A DNA stretch of 64,000 bases from an uncultured Spirochaetota bacterium (GCA_963781885.1 CAWAHW010000004.1:160001-224000); one strand, 5' to 3'; positions 18,562 through 29,039 are shown, counted from the first letter of the stretch. Program-made: numbers and translations. The notes: a model not told the origin generated them from the sequence alone.

Positions 18562-20445
18562 TCAGACGCCCATTCTGTTGATGATGGTGTCGAGGAGCCC
18601 ATTGAACGTCGTGACGAAGCGCGCGATGGCCGCATAGCCGTTCTGGTACGTGAGCATGGTGGTGAGCTCCTCGTCCACGTTCACGCCAGAAATGGACTCG
18701 CGAAGGTCCGTGAGGTCCTTCATCACGAGCTTCGTGGTGTCGAGGCTGCGGTTGGCCTCCTCGCCCTTCAGACCGATGCCGGCGACCCGGTCGGCGAAGT
18801 AGCTGTCGAACGTGGAGGTTGCGCCGACCATGACGGGTGTCGTGCGAAGCTGCGCGATGGCAAGCGCGGCGGTCCCGTCACCCACGCCGTCGGAAACGCC
18901 GTCCGCGCCGGATGCCGCGGCGATGGAGCCCGGGTTCTGCTGAAGCACGGGGTTCACCTCGATCCAGCCCGCCGGGTGATTCAGGGGCGCAACGGCGAAA
19001 TCCGCACCTGCCGGGGTCCGCAGGGTCTGCACGGCGTTCGGCGTCCGCCAGGTATAGGCACCGGCGGCGCCCGACGCGTTGAGGATGCCGCTGTAGCCGA
19101 CCAGGAACTGGCCGGAGTCCTCCAGGCCTCGGATGACGAAATCTGGATTCGCCTTGTCGGCCGCCGGGGTCGCCTTCAGGGAGAGCTTGCCCTCAGCGTT
19201 CAGGCGGGCCACCACTTCGGCGCCGGAAAGGTTGATGCGCGTGATGAGGTCTTCCACGGTGTCGGTGGGCCGATAATCCACCTTCACGTCGCCCTGCTGA
19301 CCGGGAAGGGTGATCGTGCCGGCAAGCCCGATCTGCTCCTTCGCCTTCAGGACGTTGCTGCCCGTGATCCGGAACACCCAGGTGGAGTCGATGACGCCAT
19401 CGCCCTTGGAATCGTAGTTGCCCGACACGTTGGTGACGAAGGGCCTCTGCACGAAAAAGTCGCCGCCCTTCTGGCCGTCCAGGCCGTAGCCCTGGCGATG
19501 CACCTCGTTCACCAGATCGGTGAAGTTCACCGCCAGGAGGTCGAGGCTCTGTATCTCCTGCCGGGCATCCCCGTCGCGAAGCTCCAGGAGGGAAGCAAGG
19601 CGTCCGCCGCGGACACCCACGGGCTGGCGCGTATCGTCCCAGACGGGAATGGAGTAGCCCTCATCCGTCTTGTCCGCCTGCAGCGCGATCTCTTCGTGAT
19701 GGCCGCCCTGCACGAGGTGGGTGCCGCCGGTGGCAATAACGAACTCACCCGCGGGATCGTTGTAACGGACCGAGATATCCACGAGCGTGGAGAGCTGGCT
19801 CACCAGGAGATCGCGACGGTCCAGCAGGTCATTTGGGTTGTCCCCGAGCGCCTGCGACTTCACGATCTCCTTGTTCAAGTCCGCGATCTGTCCCGTGATG
19901 TCGTTGACCTGCTTCACCGTGCCCTGCACGTCGCCTTCCACCATGTCGCGTATCGACCTCAGGCTCTGGTAGCGGGCGCGTATCCCATCCACCAGGGCGC
20001 CTCCTTTTTCCAGGACCGAGTTGCGGGAGGCCAGCTCCGTGGGGTTCAGGGAAAGGTCCTGCCAGGAGCTCCAGAACTGGTCCATCAGGGTGCGGACGGA
20101 ATGCTCGGTGGGCTCGTTGTAGACCTGCTCCATCATGAGCACGTACTTGTCGCGGGAATCCCAGTAGCCCTGCACGTTCTGCTCGGAGACGATCCGTCCC
20201 TCCAGGAGCATGTCCTTGACGCGCTCGATGCGCGTCACGTCCACGCCCTGGCCGATCTGGCCGGGGGTCTCCTCCCGGTTCAGCTCGGGGGCATAGAGGG
20301 GCGACGTGGCGGCCATTTCCACGCGCTGCCGACTGTAGCCTTCCACCCCCGCGTTTGACATGTTGTGGCCGACGGTCTGCAGCCCCTCCGTGGTGGCGAT
20401 CAGCCCGCGCTTTCCCATCTCGATGGGGCCGAATGTGGATTGCAC
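18562..20445 (-). CDS. flgK: flagellar hook-associated protein 1 FlgK
   Basis: VGHNMSNAGVEGYSRQRV, PNDLLDRRD, RESISGVNVDEE. Confidence 0.96.
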   Translation of the reverse strand: MQSTFGPIEMGKRGLIATTEGLQTVGHNMSNAGVEGYSRQRVEMAATSPLYAPELNREETPGQIGQGVDVTRIERVKDMLLEGRIVSEQNVQGYWDSRDKYVLMMEQVYNEPTEHSVRTLMDQFWSSWQDLSLNPTELASRNSVLEKGGALVDGIRARYQSLRSIRDMVEGDVQGTVKQVNDITGQIADLNKEIVKSQALGDNPNDLLDRRDLLVSQLSTLVDISVRYNDPAGEFVIATGGTHLVQGGHHEEIALQADKTDEGYSIPVWDDTRQPVGVRGGRLASLLELRDGDARQEIQSLDLLAVNFTDLVNEVHRQGYGLDGQKGGDFFVQRPFVTNVSGNYDSKGDGVIDSTWVFRITGSNVLKAKEQIGLAGTITLPGQQGDVKVDYRPTDTVEDLITRINLSGAEVVARLNAEGKLSLKATPAADKANPDFVIRGLEDSGQFLVGYSGILNASGAAGAYTWRTPNAVQTLRTPAGADFAVAPLNHPAGWIEVNPVLQQNPGSIAAASGADGVSDGVGDGTAALAIAQLRTTPVMVGATSTFDSYFADRVAGIGLKGEEANRSLDTTKLVMKDLTDLRESISGVNVDEELTTMLTYQNGYAAIARFVTTFNGLLDTIINRMGV

Positions 20446-20454
20446 GACTTCCTC

Positions 20455-20958
20455 CTACAGCTTGCGGTCGACCAGGACGGCCCCGCTCACACCCGTCGGC
20501 CTGCCCTTGCGCGAATAGATCTTGCCCTTGCGGTAGGGGAAAACCTCTTCCAGGTACTTGTTGAGGGCATCGGCAAGGGTCTCCGCGGAATAGCGCAGCC
20601 GTCCCGTGGCGGTCTTCAGGCGCAGCACCGACATCCTCAAGGTCCGCCAGCTCTCTTCGAGCCCGGCGCGAAGGTCCTCATCGAGGTGAGGCAGGATGCC
20701 CGACATCGTCGTTTCCTGCGGCACGGCGAGCGACTCCCGCAGCGACGCGAACTGCTCGTCGCGCGCGGCATCCGCGTCCTCGATGGTCCGTGCGAAACGC
20801 CCGATGCTTTCCGTGATCGCCAGGCTGGGGCCCCAGTCCTTCTTGTGGAAGGATTCCCGCAGGTGCTCCACCTCGCGCGAAAGCTCGGCAAAAAGCTCCG
20901 CCTCCCGGTCCATGCGGTCCTTCAGGGTCCGCGCGAGGGCGTTCGTCGGCTCATCCAT
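20455..20958 (-). CDS. flgN: flagellar export chaperone FlgN-like protein
   Basis: Helical 167-aa protein directly upstream of flgK, with C-terminal Y..KG...LVDRKL. Confidence 0.7.
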   Translation of the reverse strand: MDEPTNALARTLKDRMDREAELFAELSREVEHLRESFHKKDWGPSLAITESIGRFARTIEDADAARDEQFASLRESLAVPQETTMSGILPHLDEDLRAGLEESWRTLRMSVLRLKTATGRLRYSAETLADALNKYLEEVFPYRKGKIYSRKGRPTGVSGAVLVDRKL

Positions 20959-21053
20959 CTTCCCTGCTCCTCTTCTTCGTTCCTTCCATCAATGTCGGTA
21001 GAACTTTTCTTCCCATGAGAGCGTCAATCTGCTATCTTCTGTTCGGAGGATTT

Positions 21054-21995
21054 ATGACCACGGATCGCGACCTGATCATCATCGGAGCCGGCGGGGCGGG
21101 CCTGTCTGCGGCGCAGTACGGGGCCCGGGGGAACCTCCGCACGCTCGTGCTGGACGAATTGGCATCGGGAGGCCAGGCGCTTCTCATCGAAGGGCTGGAG
21201 AACTACCCGGGATTTCCCGAGCCCATCAGCGGCTACGATTTTACCCAGAAAATGGAAGATCAGGCCCGGCGCTTCGGCGCCGAGTTCGAAAATGCGGCTG
21301 TTCTTTCCCTCACGACAAACGGTCACGTGTTCACCGTGGAGACGGACAAGGGCCCCTTGACCTCCACGGCGGTGATCCTTGCAACGGGCGCCGTGCATCG
21401 CAGCCTCGGCGTGCCAGGTGAGGCGGAGCTTGCCGGTCACGGGGTCTCCTACTGCGCCACCTGCGACGGCCCGTTTTTCAAGGCAAAGCGCATGCTCGTC
21501 GTCGGTGGTGGGGACGCGGCCTGTGATGAGGCGATGTACCTCTCCCACCTCGCCTCCGGCGTCCTCATGATTCACCGCAAGGAGAAGTTCCGCGCGCAGA
21601 AATCGCTTGCCGCACGGGTGCTCGCCAACCCCAAGATCGAGGTGCGCTTCAACACCGAGCTGCAGAGGATCGAGGGGGCGCCCAAGGTCTCCCGGGTGCA
21701 ACTCTTCAACAACGCGACGAACAAGGGGTGCGCGGAGGACGTGGCAGCGGTGTTCATCTTCATCGGCTCCGACCCCAAGAGCAGCCTCGCGGTGCCGCTG
21801 GGCGTGACGATCGACGACGTCGGCTACATCGAGACCAACCAGCGCATGGAGACCGGCGTGCCCGGCTTCTACGCCGTCGGCGACGTGCGCGCAAGCCCCT
21901 TCCGGCAGCTCGTGGTGGCGGCAGCGGAGGGCGCTATTGCGGCGCACGCGGCCGGACAGTACATCGACGAGCTGAAGGGGGAACAGTACAATTGA
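21054..21995 (+). CDS. trxB: thioredoxin-disulfide reductase
   Basis: IIGAGGAG, GVSYCATCDG, VGGGDAACDEA, AVGDVR. Confidence 0.94.
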   Translation: MTTDRDLIIIGAGGAGLSAAQYGARGNLRTLVLDELASGGQALLIEGLENYPGFPEPISGYDFTQKMEDQARRFGAEFENAAVLSLTTNGHVFTVETDKGPLTSTAVILATGAVHRSLGVPGEAELAGHGVSYCATCDGPFFKAKRMLVVGGGDAACDEAMYLSHLASGVLMIHRKEKFRAQKSLAARVLANPKIEVRFNTELQRIEGAPKVSRVQLFNNATNKGCAEDVAAVFIFIGSDPKSSLAVPLGVTIDDVGYIETNQRMETGVPGFYAVGDVRASPFRQLVVAAAEGAIAAHAAGQYIDELKGEQYN

Positions 21996-22837
21996 GCTCC
22001 GTCTCCGGTCCCGGACGGAGAGAACCCGACGCGGTTGTCAGCCGCGACGCGAAATTCCGTCTCATCATTCACCCGCGCATGGAAGGACGTTTGGACATGG
22101 CCGTGGACGAGGCGCTTGCGGAGGCCGTGGGCAACGGCGAAAGTCCGCCCGTGGTGCGTCTGTACGGCTTCTCGCCGGCCACGCTTTCCCTGGGCCGGTT
22201 CCAGCGCGTGAAGGGGCTCGTGGCGGATGAGCGGCTTTTGGCGGACGGGGTCACGCTGGTTCGACGCCCCACGGGCGGGCACGCGGTGCTCCACGACGCG
22301 GAGCTTACCTACTCCGTCGCGCTGCCGAAGGCTGAAAGCGGAGCGCTCGCGCGCGGCGTGCGCAAGCGCGATGTCTACATGTTCATCGCGCGGATTCTCG
22401 TCCGCGGCCTGGCCAACCTGGGGATCGCCGGCACGATCAACGCGGCGCAGCAGGGCGACATCCACAACCCGGATTGCTTCGGCTCCGCGGGGGAGTTCGA
22501 GATCGCGGGCAGGGCCGGCCGCAAGCTGATCGGCAGCGCGCAGATGACGACCCGCAGCGCGGTGCTCCAGCATGGCTCGATACCGCTGGAGAACCCCGGG
22601 CTCAGAGTGTTCCGCTATCTGCGGGTCGCGCAGCCGGATGACGCGCACCCGCCCACGTGCATCAACGAGGAGGCAGGACGCGCGGTCAGCTTCGAAGAGC
22701 TTCGGGATGCTTTTGCCCGCGCATTTCGGGAAGAGATCGGAGCGAAGGACTCGACGCTTCTGCCCGCGGAATCCGCCGCCGCGGACCGCATCCTCGCGGC
22801 AAAGTACAGCCGCGAGGATTGGAATCTTTCACGTTGA
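21992..22837 (+). CDS. lipoate-protein ligase / octanoyltransferase (LipM/LplA family)
   Basis: MAVDEAL, VRRPTGGHAVLH, RKLIGSAQ, LQHGSI. Confidence 0.88.
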   Translation: MSSVSGPGRREPDAVVSRDAKFRLIIHPRMEGRLDMAVDEALAEAVGNGESPPVVRLYGFSPATLSLGRFQRVKGLVADERLLADGVTLVRRPTGGHAVLHDAELTYSVALPKAESGALARGVRKRDVYMFIARILVRGLANLGIAGTINAAQQGDIHNPDCFGSAGEFEIAGRAGRKLIGSAQMTTRSAVLQHGSIPLENPGLRVFRYLRVAQPDDAHPPTCINEEAGRAVSFEELRDAFARAFREEIGAKDSTLLPAESAAADRILAAKYSREDWNLSR

Positions 22838-25350
22838 AAACCTCACCGCCGCTCCGGGCCTGCATCTGCTGCATCCTGCTCCTCGGTGCGTTTCCCCTCG
22901 CGGCGCTTGGCTTCAACGACACAGGGGACGCCGCCGCGCTGGCAGCCAGGATTACCGCGGACATGACAAACGAGGAGCTTCTGGGCCAGGTGCTCTTCTT
23001 CGGCTGGCAGGGAAAGGGCACCCCGCCCGACATCCTGCACTGGGTCGGCACGGGCGCCATCGGCGGCATCAAGATATTCCCGCGTAATGTCTCGGACTTG
23101 AGCTCTCTTGCACGTGACGTCGCTTCGATGCAGAAGCTGGCGGCGAAGAACCGTTTCGGCATCCCGCTTTTTGTCGCCACGGACCAGGAAGGCGGCTGGG
23201 TGCGGCAGATACGCGGTGAGACGTCGGTTTCCCCCGGGAATCTCGCCGTGGGAGCGGCCGGAGCTCCCGGGGATGCCTACCGGACCGGCTATTACCTGGG
23301 CGGAGAGCTTGCGGCCCTGGGCATCAACATGGATTTTGCGCCCACCGCCGACGTGTACGCCAATCCGGAGGCAACCGTCATCGGCCCGCGCTCGTTCGGG
23401 TCCGACCCATCCGAAACGGGCCTCCTCTCCGCGGCCTATGCGCGCGGCATGAAGGATGCCGGCGTGCTCTGCGTCGCCAAGCATTTCCCAGGGCACGGCT
23501 CCGCCGACCAGGACTCCCACGGTCACCTGCCAAAGATCGACGTGAGCCTGGACCAGCTTCTGGACCGGGACCTCATCCCGTACCGCATGCTGATCCGGGA
23601 AGGCATCCCCGCCGTCATGACGGGGCACCTCGCGTTCCCTCAAATACTCGGGGACGACACGCCGGCGTCCCTCTCCTCCTTCTTCCTGCGCACGGTGCTC
23701 CGCGACCGGCTTGGATTCAAGGGATTGATCGTCACCGACGACATGGAAATGCAGGGCGTGCTCGCCAATGGCCTCGATACCGCCGAGGCCTGCCGGCAGG
23801 CGCTGGAGGCAGGAAACGACATGGTGCTCGTGTCGCACACACTGAAGGTGCAGGAAGAAACGTGGAAGGCTCTGGACGCCGCGCTGCGAGCGGATGCCGC
23901 CTTCCGCAAGGATGTGACGGAATCCGTGGCACGCATCCTGGAGACGAAGCTGCGCTACTTCCGCGCCGCGCACGTTCCGGTCGCACCCGACCCCTCCGTC
24001 GTGCTCCAGAAGGTGCCGGCCCCGGGCGCGAGCGACTTCTTTGCGCAGCTTTCCGCGCGGGCGGTCACGCTGATCGCGGGCAAGGCCGTCCCGTTTCGGC
24101 CCGCGGCGCGCGCGCGCATCCTCCTGGTCGGGCAGTACAGCGAGTTCCTCGCCGAAGGGAAGCTGCGCTACCCGTCGGCGGACACCCTTCTTTTCAACTA
24201 CGACCCCTTCTACAACGCGCGTCCCGAGGACCGCGCGGAAGTGCGCGCGCGCGCCGCGGGCTACGACACGGTCATCTTCTGCATCGCCAACTACAACAGC
24301 CTCGACGTCCTGAAAGACCTGATGGGGATGGCGCACAAGGTGATCGTGATCTCCACGCTCAGCCCGGTCTACCTCACCGACGTGCCCTGGGTGGAGACGG
24401 CGGTCGCGGTGTACGGCACGGGTCATGACTCGTTCCGCGCGGGTTTCGGCGTGCTGGCGGGGGACTACGTGGCCACGGGCGTCCTCCCGATCAGGTTCAC
24501 CCTGCCGGGCATTGCCATGAGCTGGCGACCCGCCGCGCGCAGGGATCTCCCCGGCATCCACGACTTCCTCATGCAGGACGAAGCGCTATACGTTCCGTTC
24601 ACCTCCCGGCTGCGGTCCGGGTCGCGGGGATGGGACGTGTACTGCCGCAGCGCCGGCACGGGCGGGGTGAACGGATGCTTCCTCTTCACGAACGGGGGTC
24701 TTCTCCTGCCGGCCCTCGACGGGGTGGACGAGGACCTCGGCGAGCTTTCCCGCCTCCTTCTGGATCTGCGGCCAATGGTCCATTCCATCATGGGGGTGGG
24801 CAAAGGAGTGCGGGCCATCGAGGCGGCGCTCCCGCTTCCCCCGACGAACCGCATCGAATACTTCCTGATGACGCTTCCCCGCAGCTCCCTGCGGCCGCTC
24901 CTTCCCTCCGCCCTTCCCGGCCTCACGGTGCGCCGGGCCGATCCGTTCGACGCGGAGGAGATGTTTCCCCTGCAGAAGGGATACGAGCTGGAAGAGGTCG
25001 TCATCGCCTCTTCACACTTCAATGACGCCCAATGCATGAAGCTCCTGAAGACGTCGCTCAAGGAGCAGCTCGTCTTCGTCGCGGAGCGGGACGGCACCAT
25101 GACGGCAAAAGCCGCGACGAACGCGCGCGGGTACGGCGTGGACCAGATCGGCGGCGTCTACACCGTGCCGGAGGAGCGCGGCAAGGGCCTGGGAGGCCTC
25201 GTGGTGGCGGAGCTTCTCCGGACGGTCTTCACGGAAAAGAAAGAGGCATGCCTCTTCGTGAAGAAGCACAACCGCCCCGCCCTTGCACTCTACGAGCGGC
25301 TTGGCTTCACGCCCGTGAACGACTACCTCATCAGCTACTACGGTCTTTAG
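22834..25350 (+). CDS. GH3 beta-N-acetylhexosaminidase (NagZ-like, signal peptide) in frame with a C-terminal GNAT acetyltransferase (from Met 24517)
   Basis: ATDQEGG, KHFPGHG...DSH, VTDDMEM (GH3); IGGVYTVPEERGKGLG and NRPALALYERLGF (GNAT). Confidence 0.85.
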   Translation: MKTSPPLRACICCILLLGAFPLAALGFNDTGDAAALAARITADMTNEELLGQVLFFGWQGKGTPPDILHWVGTGAIGGIKIFPRNVSDLSSLARDVASMQKLAAKNRFGIPLFVATDQEGGWVRQIRGETSVSPGNLAVGAAGAPGDAYRTGYYLGGELAALGINMDFAPTADVYANPEATVIGPRSFGSDPSETGLLSAAYARGMKDAGVLCVAKHFPGHGSADQDSHGHLPKIDVSLDQLLDRDLIPYRMLIREGIPAVMTGHLAFPQILGDDTPASLSSFFLRTVLRDRLGFKGLIVTDDMEMQGVLANGLDTAEACRQALEAGNDMVLVSHTLKVQEETWKALDAALRADAAFRKDVTESVARILETKLRYFRAAHVPVAPDPSVVLQKVPAPGASDFFAQLSARAVTLIAGKAVPFRPAARARILLVGQYSEFLAEGKLRYPSADTLLFNYDPFYNARPEDRAEVRARAAGYDTVIFCIANYNSLDVLKDLMGMAHKVIVISTLSPVYLTDVPWVETAVAVYGTGHDSFRAGFGVLAGDYVATGVLPIRFTLPGIAMSWRPAARRDLPGIHDFLMQDEALYVPFTSRLRSGSRGWDVYCRSAGTGGVNGCFLFTNGGLLLPALDGVDEDLGELSRLLLDLRPMVHSIMGVGKGVRAIEAALPLPPTNRIEYFLMTLPRSSLRPLLPSALPGLTVRRADPFDAEEMFPLQKGYELEEVVIASSHFNDAQCMKLLKTSLKEQLVFVAERDGTMTAKAATNARGYGVDQIGGVYTVPEERGKGLGGLVVAELLRTVFTEKKEACLFVKKHNRPALALYERLGFTPVNDYLISYYGL

Positions 25351-26537
25351 CGCCGGTCTTCATCGCGGCGCGCGGTCGGGCCGGAAGCCTTGCGGACCAG
25401 GCGCTCGCGGCGCTTCCTGATCTCCTGGCGGGTGCGGCCGTCCAGCGGCAGGTTCCACGACAGGAGACGATCCACGATGCGCAGCGCCTCATCCGGCCGG
25501 CGCGCGCGGTGCTCGTGGTATTTCGCAAGCTCCACGGCGGCCGTGAGGCTGTGCGTGCGCGACAGGATTCCCTCCCACACCTCGGCCGCGCGATCCCAGT
25601 CCCGCAGCCTCTTGTGATGGAAGCCCAGCTCCAGGCCCGATTCGTCGTTGCCGGCCTCGAACGAATTGCGAAGGACTTCGACGCCCGTTTCCTCTCCGCT
25701 TCGCAGGAGCCAGCTCCCGAAAGCCTTCTCGTCGACCCGGGTGGACGACAGGTCGCCGTCGAAGAGCCTGCCAATGAGGCCGTAGAGACGCGCAAGGGAT
25801 GAGATGTCCATCACGTTGTGATCGAAAACAACCGGGAGCGTCCCCGGCCTTCCTGAACGGAGAAACTCCAGCCAGATCAGCGGGATGTCTGCGCCGTCCA
25901 CGTCCAGCTCGCGGTTGAAGCCCAGCACGGTCCGCTCGATCGACTTGAGGCTGCAGTCCCCCGTGATCGATTTCCACAGGCGGCGGGCGTGGTGAAGCAG
26001 GTCGACCTGCGGTCCGGGCTCCCACGTCATGCGGTTCATGAGGAACCGGGTGGCAAGCAAATGGCTGTCGAATGTCTTTCCATTGTAAGAGACGAAGGCG
26101 CGGTAACGGGAAAGGAGATCCCGCACGGCGAGCAGGAACTCCGGTTCCCCGGGGAAATCGGAGAGAAAGAGCTGCTCCACCGCGAGGTCGCGACCTTCAC
26201 ACCAGGCAGCGCCGAACAGGAAGATGACGCTGCCCGCCCCACCGGAGAGACCGGTGGTCTCGGTGTCGTAGAAGACAAGCTGGTCGCCGGAATCCGCCTC
26301 GGGGGAAAATGGCTCCCGCCATGCCTCAACGCCGTAGCCCTGGAAATACTGGCGGCGACGGTAGAGGAACTCTCCTTCCCTCTTCCAGCCGGGAAAGCGC
26401 GGATCGCTGTCGGGGAATGCCTGCCGCGCGGGCGCCGCCTGGGGTGCCGGCTCCGACGGGCGGAGAAAATCAAGGCGCCTGCGCGTGCGGGTGATGCCCC
26501 CGCCGGTGTCGGTGGGGCGTGCCGGATCCTGCGGCAT
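25347..26537 (-). CDS. RNase H-like/DnaQ-type exonuclease with C-terminal TPRs (MrfB/YprB-like)
   Basis: FYDTETTGL, SYNGKTFD, VDLLH, HNVMD; TGATG-coupled to the helicase. Confidence 0.85.
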   Translation of the reverse strand: MPQDPARPTDTGGGITRTRRRLDFLRPSEPAPQAAPARQAFPDSDPRFPGWKREGEFLYRRRQYFQGYGVEAWREPFSPEADSGDQLVFYDTETTGLSGGAGSVIFLFGAAWCEGRDLAVEQLFLSDFPGEPEFLLAVRDLLSRYRAFVSYNGKTFDSHLLATRFLMNRMTWEPGPQVDLLHHARRLWKSITGDCSLKSIERTVLGFNRELDVDGADIPLIWLEFLRSGRPGTLPVVFDHNVMDISSLARLYGLIGRLFDGDLSSTRVDEKAFGSWLLRSGEETGVEVLRNSFEAGNDESGLELGFHHKRLRDWDRAAEVWEGILSRTHSLTAAVELAKYHEHRARRPDEALRIVDRLLSWNLPLDGRTRQEIRKRRERLVRKASGPTARRDEDRR

Positions 26538-28915
26538 CAGCCCTCCAAGGCGGCCGCCCAGGCGGAGAGGAATGCGCGCACCGTCTGCTTCGCGTTCACC
26601 ATGCTCGCCTGGACGACGACCGTCTCCGCCCCTGCGGGCGTCCGGTCGGGGACGGCATTCTGCGGCGCGGGCGGCGCATCGGGTGCGCCGATGCACGACG
26701 GGCAGCCGTCCGCGCACGGGCAGGCCTCCACGACTCCCTGCGCCCCCCGCACGATGGCGGGCAGGTTGCGGAGGAATCCTTCGGAAAGCCCGATGCCCCC
26801 GGGGTACTGGTCGTAGACGTAGAGGCAGGGGGACTCGAAGTGCGGATCGCGCACGCGCTCGGCCACGCCGAGGTCCCGCGGGTCGCAGAGCAGGAAAACA
26901 GGTGCCACGGTGCGCAGGAGCACGCCCAGCCGTTGTATCACCACCCCCTGCTCCGTCTCGCCCAGCGCGGTGAAGCGCCTGCCTGCCGGGGTCGGCTGGT
27001 CGAAGAGGATCACCGCGGAGCGCGTGTGCATCTCATCCGGAGGCAGCGTGATGTCGCCGTAGCCGACGTTTTCATTCGTGTGGTACTTCAGCTTCTTGAA
27101 CTTCGTCGCCTGCGTGCGCACGAGGATGTCGCCCAGCACGGCACGGATGCCCGCGGTCTTCTGCTCCTCGTCCTCCGTGAGCACCTTGATGTCGGTCTTC
27201 ACGATGCTGTCCGTCCAGTAGTCGGTGTCCGTCTCCTCCACGAAGCACCGCCTGTTTTCCAGGTCGAGCTGCTTCACGGCGTACTGGTCGCCCAGGTGGA
27301 TGTAGATGGCGTGGTCGAAGACCAGGAGCTTGGCCGACGGCATGTCCATCTCGCCGATGATCTCGTCGCGGCCCTTCGTCGTGTCGACGATCACGACGTT
27401 CTCCGGGGTCGTCGTGCGCAGGGAGACATTCTCCGCCGGGTAGGATTGGTCCGCCCAGTACCATTTCTCCCCCGCGTGCCGGATGACGCCCTTCTCCGTC
27501 AGGTAGCCCAGCACGTCCGCCGTGTCGTTGCCGAACGTCTCCCCTTCCTCGAAGGGAAGCTCGAAGACGGCGCACTTGAGCTGATCCGTCTGTATGAAGA
27601 TGTTGCCCGGGTCGATGTACCCGTTTTCCGGCGACCGCGAGAAGAAGTACTCGGGGTGCTGGATGACGAACTGGTCCGTGGCGGAGGAGGAGGCGACAAG
27701 GATGGAAAGCGACACCGTGTTGCGCCGGCCCGCCCTGCCTGCCTGCTGCCAGGACGAGGCGATGGTGCCCGGAAAGCCGGCAAGGATGGAGGCATCCAGC
27801 CCGCCGATGTCGATGCCCAGCTCCAGCGCGTTCGTGGAGACCACGCCCTGGATGCTGCCGTCCCGCAGTCCCTTCTCTATGGCGCGCCTTTCGTTCGGCA
27901 GGTAGCCGCCCCGATACGACTGCACCGTGATGCCGTGATTGTCGGTGAAGAAGCTCTTGAGCGATTCCCTGATGTACGTGGCGATCAGCTCCGTGCGGAT
28001 GCGCGACCGGGCAAAGACAATCGTTTTCACGCCCATTTTCAACAGCCGGGTGGCGATGCCCTGGCATTCCAGCACCACGCTGCGGCGTATCCCCTGCACC
28101 CGGTCCACGAGCGGCGGATTGTACAGCACGAAGTGCCGCTCCCCGGAAGGGGCGCCGTTGTCATCCACCAGGGTGACGTCCATTTCCAATATCTTCCTTG
28201 CAAGCTCGTGCGGGTTTCCGATCGTCGCCGAGCAGCAGATGAACACGGGCTCCGCGCCGTAGAACTTCGCGATGCGCTTCAGGCGCCTGATGACGCTCGT
28301 CATGTGGGAGCCGAAAACACCGCGGTACGAATGCATCTCGTCGATCACGACGTAGCGGAGGTGGCGCAGCGCCTTGATCCACTTCGGGTGATTGGGAAGG
28401 ATGCCGGTGTGGAGCATGTCGGGATTCGTGATGATGATCCGGCCCTCGTCCCGCGCCGAGATGCGGATGGAGCCCGGCGTGTCCCCGTCATAGGTGAAGA
28501 CCTTCACCGGGATGTCCCCGCCCAGGACGACCTCGTTCAGCTCCGCCTGCTGGTCCTGGGACAAAGCCTTTGTCGGGAACAGGTAGAGAGCGCGCGCGTC
28601 CGGGTCCTCCAGCAGGCTCTGGAGGACGGGCATGTTGTAGGAAAGGGTTTTTCCCGACGCGGTGGGGCTCACGAGCACAACGCTTCTGCCCGCGCGCGCC
28701 TCATTCCAGGTTGCACGCTGATGGCTGTAGATGCGGGTGATGCCCCGGGAGGCCAGGGCGGCCTTGATGCGGTCATCGATGTCAGGCGGGAAATCGACGT
28801 ACTTTCCGTCGCGCGCCGGCATCACTTCCCAGTGCGTGACGCGCTGGCTGAACGCCGGGTCGTTGCGCAGCGATGCGATGATGTTGGCGATCGTCGCCCT
28901 GGTTGCAGTCGCCAT
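26537..28915 (-). CDS. DEAH-box helicase with DUF1998 (MrfA/YprA/Hrq1-like)
   Basis: PTASGKT, IDEMH, SATIGNP, NALELGIDIG, QQAGRAGRR, C-terminal CPCADGCPSC. Confidence 0.93.
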   Translation of the reverse strand: MATATRATIANIIASLRNDPAFSQRVTHWEVMPARDGKYVDFPPDIDDRIKAALASRGITRIYSHQRATWNEARAGRSVVLVSPTASGKTLSYNMPVLQSLLEDPDARALYLFPTKALSQDQQAELNEVVLGGDIPVKVFTYDGDTPGSIRISARDEGRIIITNPDMLHTGILPNHPKWIKALRHLRYVVIDEMHSYRGVFGSHMTSVIRRLKRIAKFYGAEPVFICCSATIGNPHELARKILEMDVTLVDDNGAPSGERHFVLYNPPLVDRVQGIRRSVVLECQGIATRLLKMGVKTIVFARSRIRTELIATYIRESLKSFFTDNHGITVQSYRGGYLPNERRAIEKGLRDGSIQGVVSTNALELGIDIGGLDASILAGFPGTIASSWQQAGRAGRRNTVSLSILVASSSATDQFVIQHPEYFFSRSPENGYIDPGNIFIQTDQLKCAVFELPFEEGETFGNDTADVLGYLTEKGVIRHAGEKWYWADQSYPAENVSLRTTTPENVVIVDTTKGRDEIIGEMDMPSAKLLVFDHAIYIHLGDQYAVKQLDLENRRCFVEETDTDYWTDSIVKTDIKVLTEDEEQKTAGIRAVLGDILVRTQATKFKKLKYHTNENVGYGDITLPPDEMHTRSAVILFDQPTPAGRRFTALGETEQGVVIQRLGVLLRTVAPVFLLCDPRDLGVAERVRDPHFESPCLYVYDQYPGGIGLSEGFLRNLPAIVRGAQGVVEACPCADGCPSCIGAPDAPPAPQNAVPDRTPAGAETVVVQASMVNAKQTVRAFLSAWAAALEG

Positions 28916-28995
28916 CCCCCCCTCCCCTGCTGCGATAGTACCATGCCCGCGACCGCGCCGACAATCCGCGCGCCGCCGTGCCGGTGAAACTCGCC

Positions 28996-29024
28996 TTGAC
29001 CGCTGGAAACCGACCGCTTATGAT
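28996..29024 (+). promoter_or_regulatory. sigma70-type promoter of glgC
   Basis: TTGACC-17 nt-TATGAT. Confidence 0.65.
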
Positions 29025-29039
29025 TTCAGGGGGCATCGT

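Noticed and set aside
20992-21018. sigma28 promoter for flgN-flgK (minus-strand TCAT-N15-ACCGACAT)
   Set aside because: Plausible position, but too many mismatches to list as a supported feature.
26537-28915. DISARM/Druantia anti-phage system
   Set aside because: No methyltransferase, SNF2 or PLD partners; the pairing with an MrfB-like nuclease fits DNA repair.
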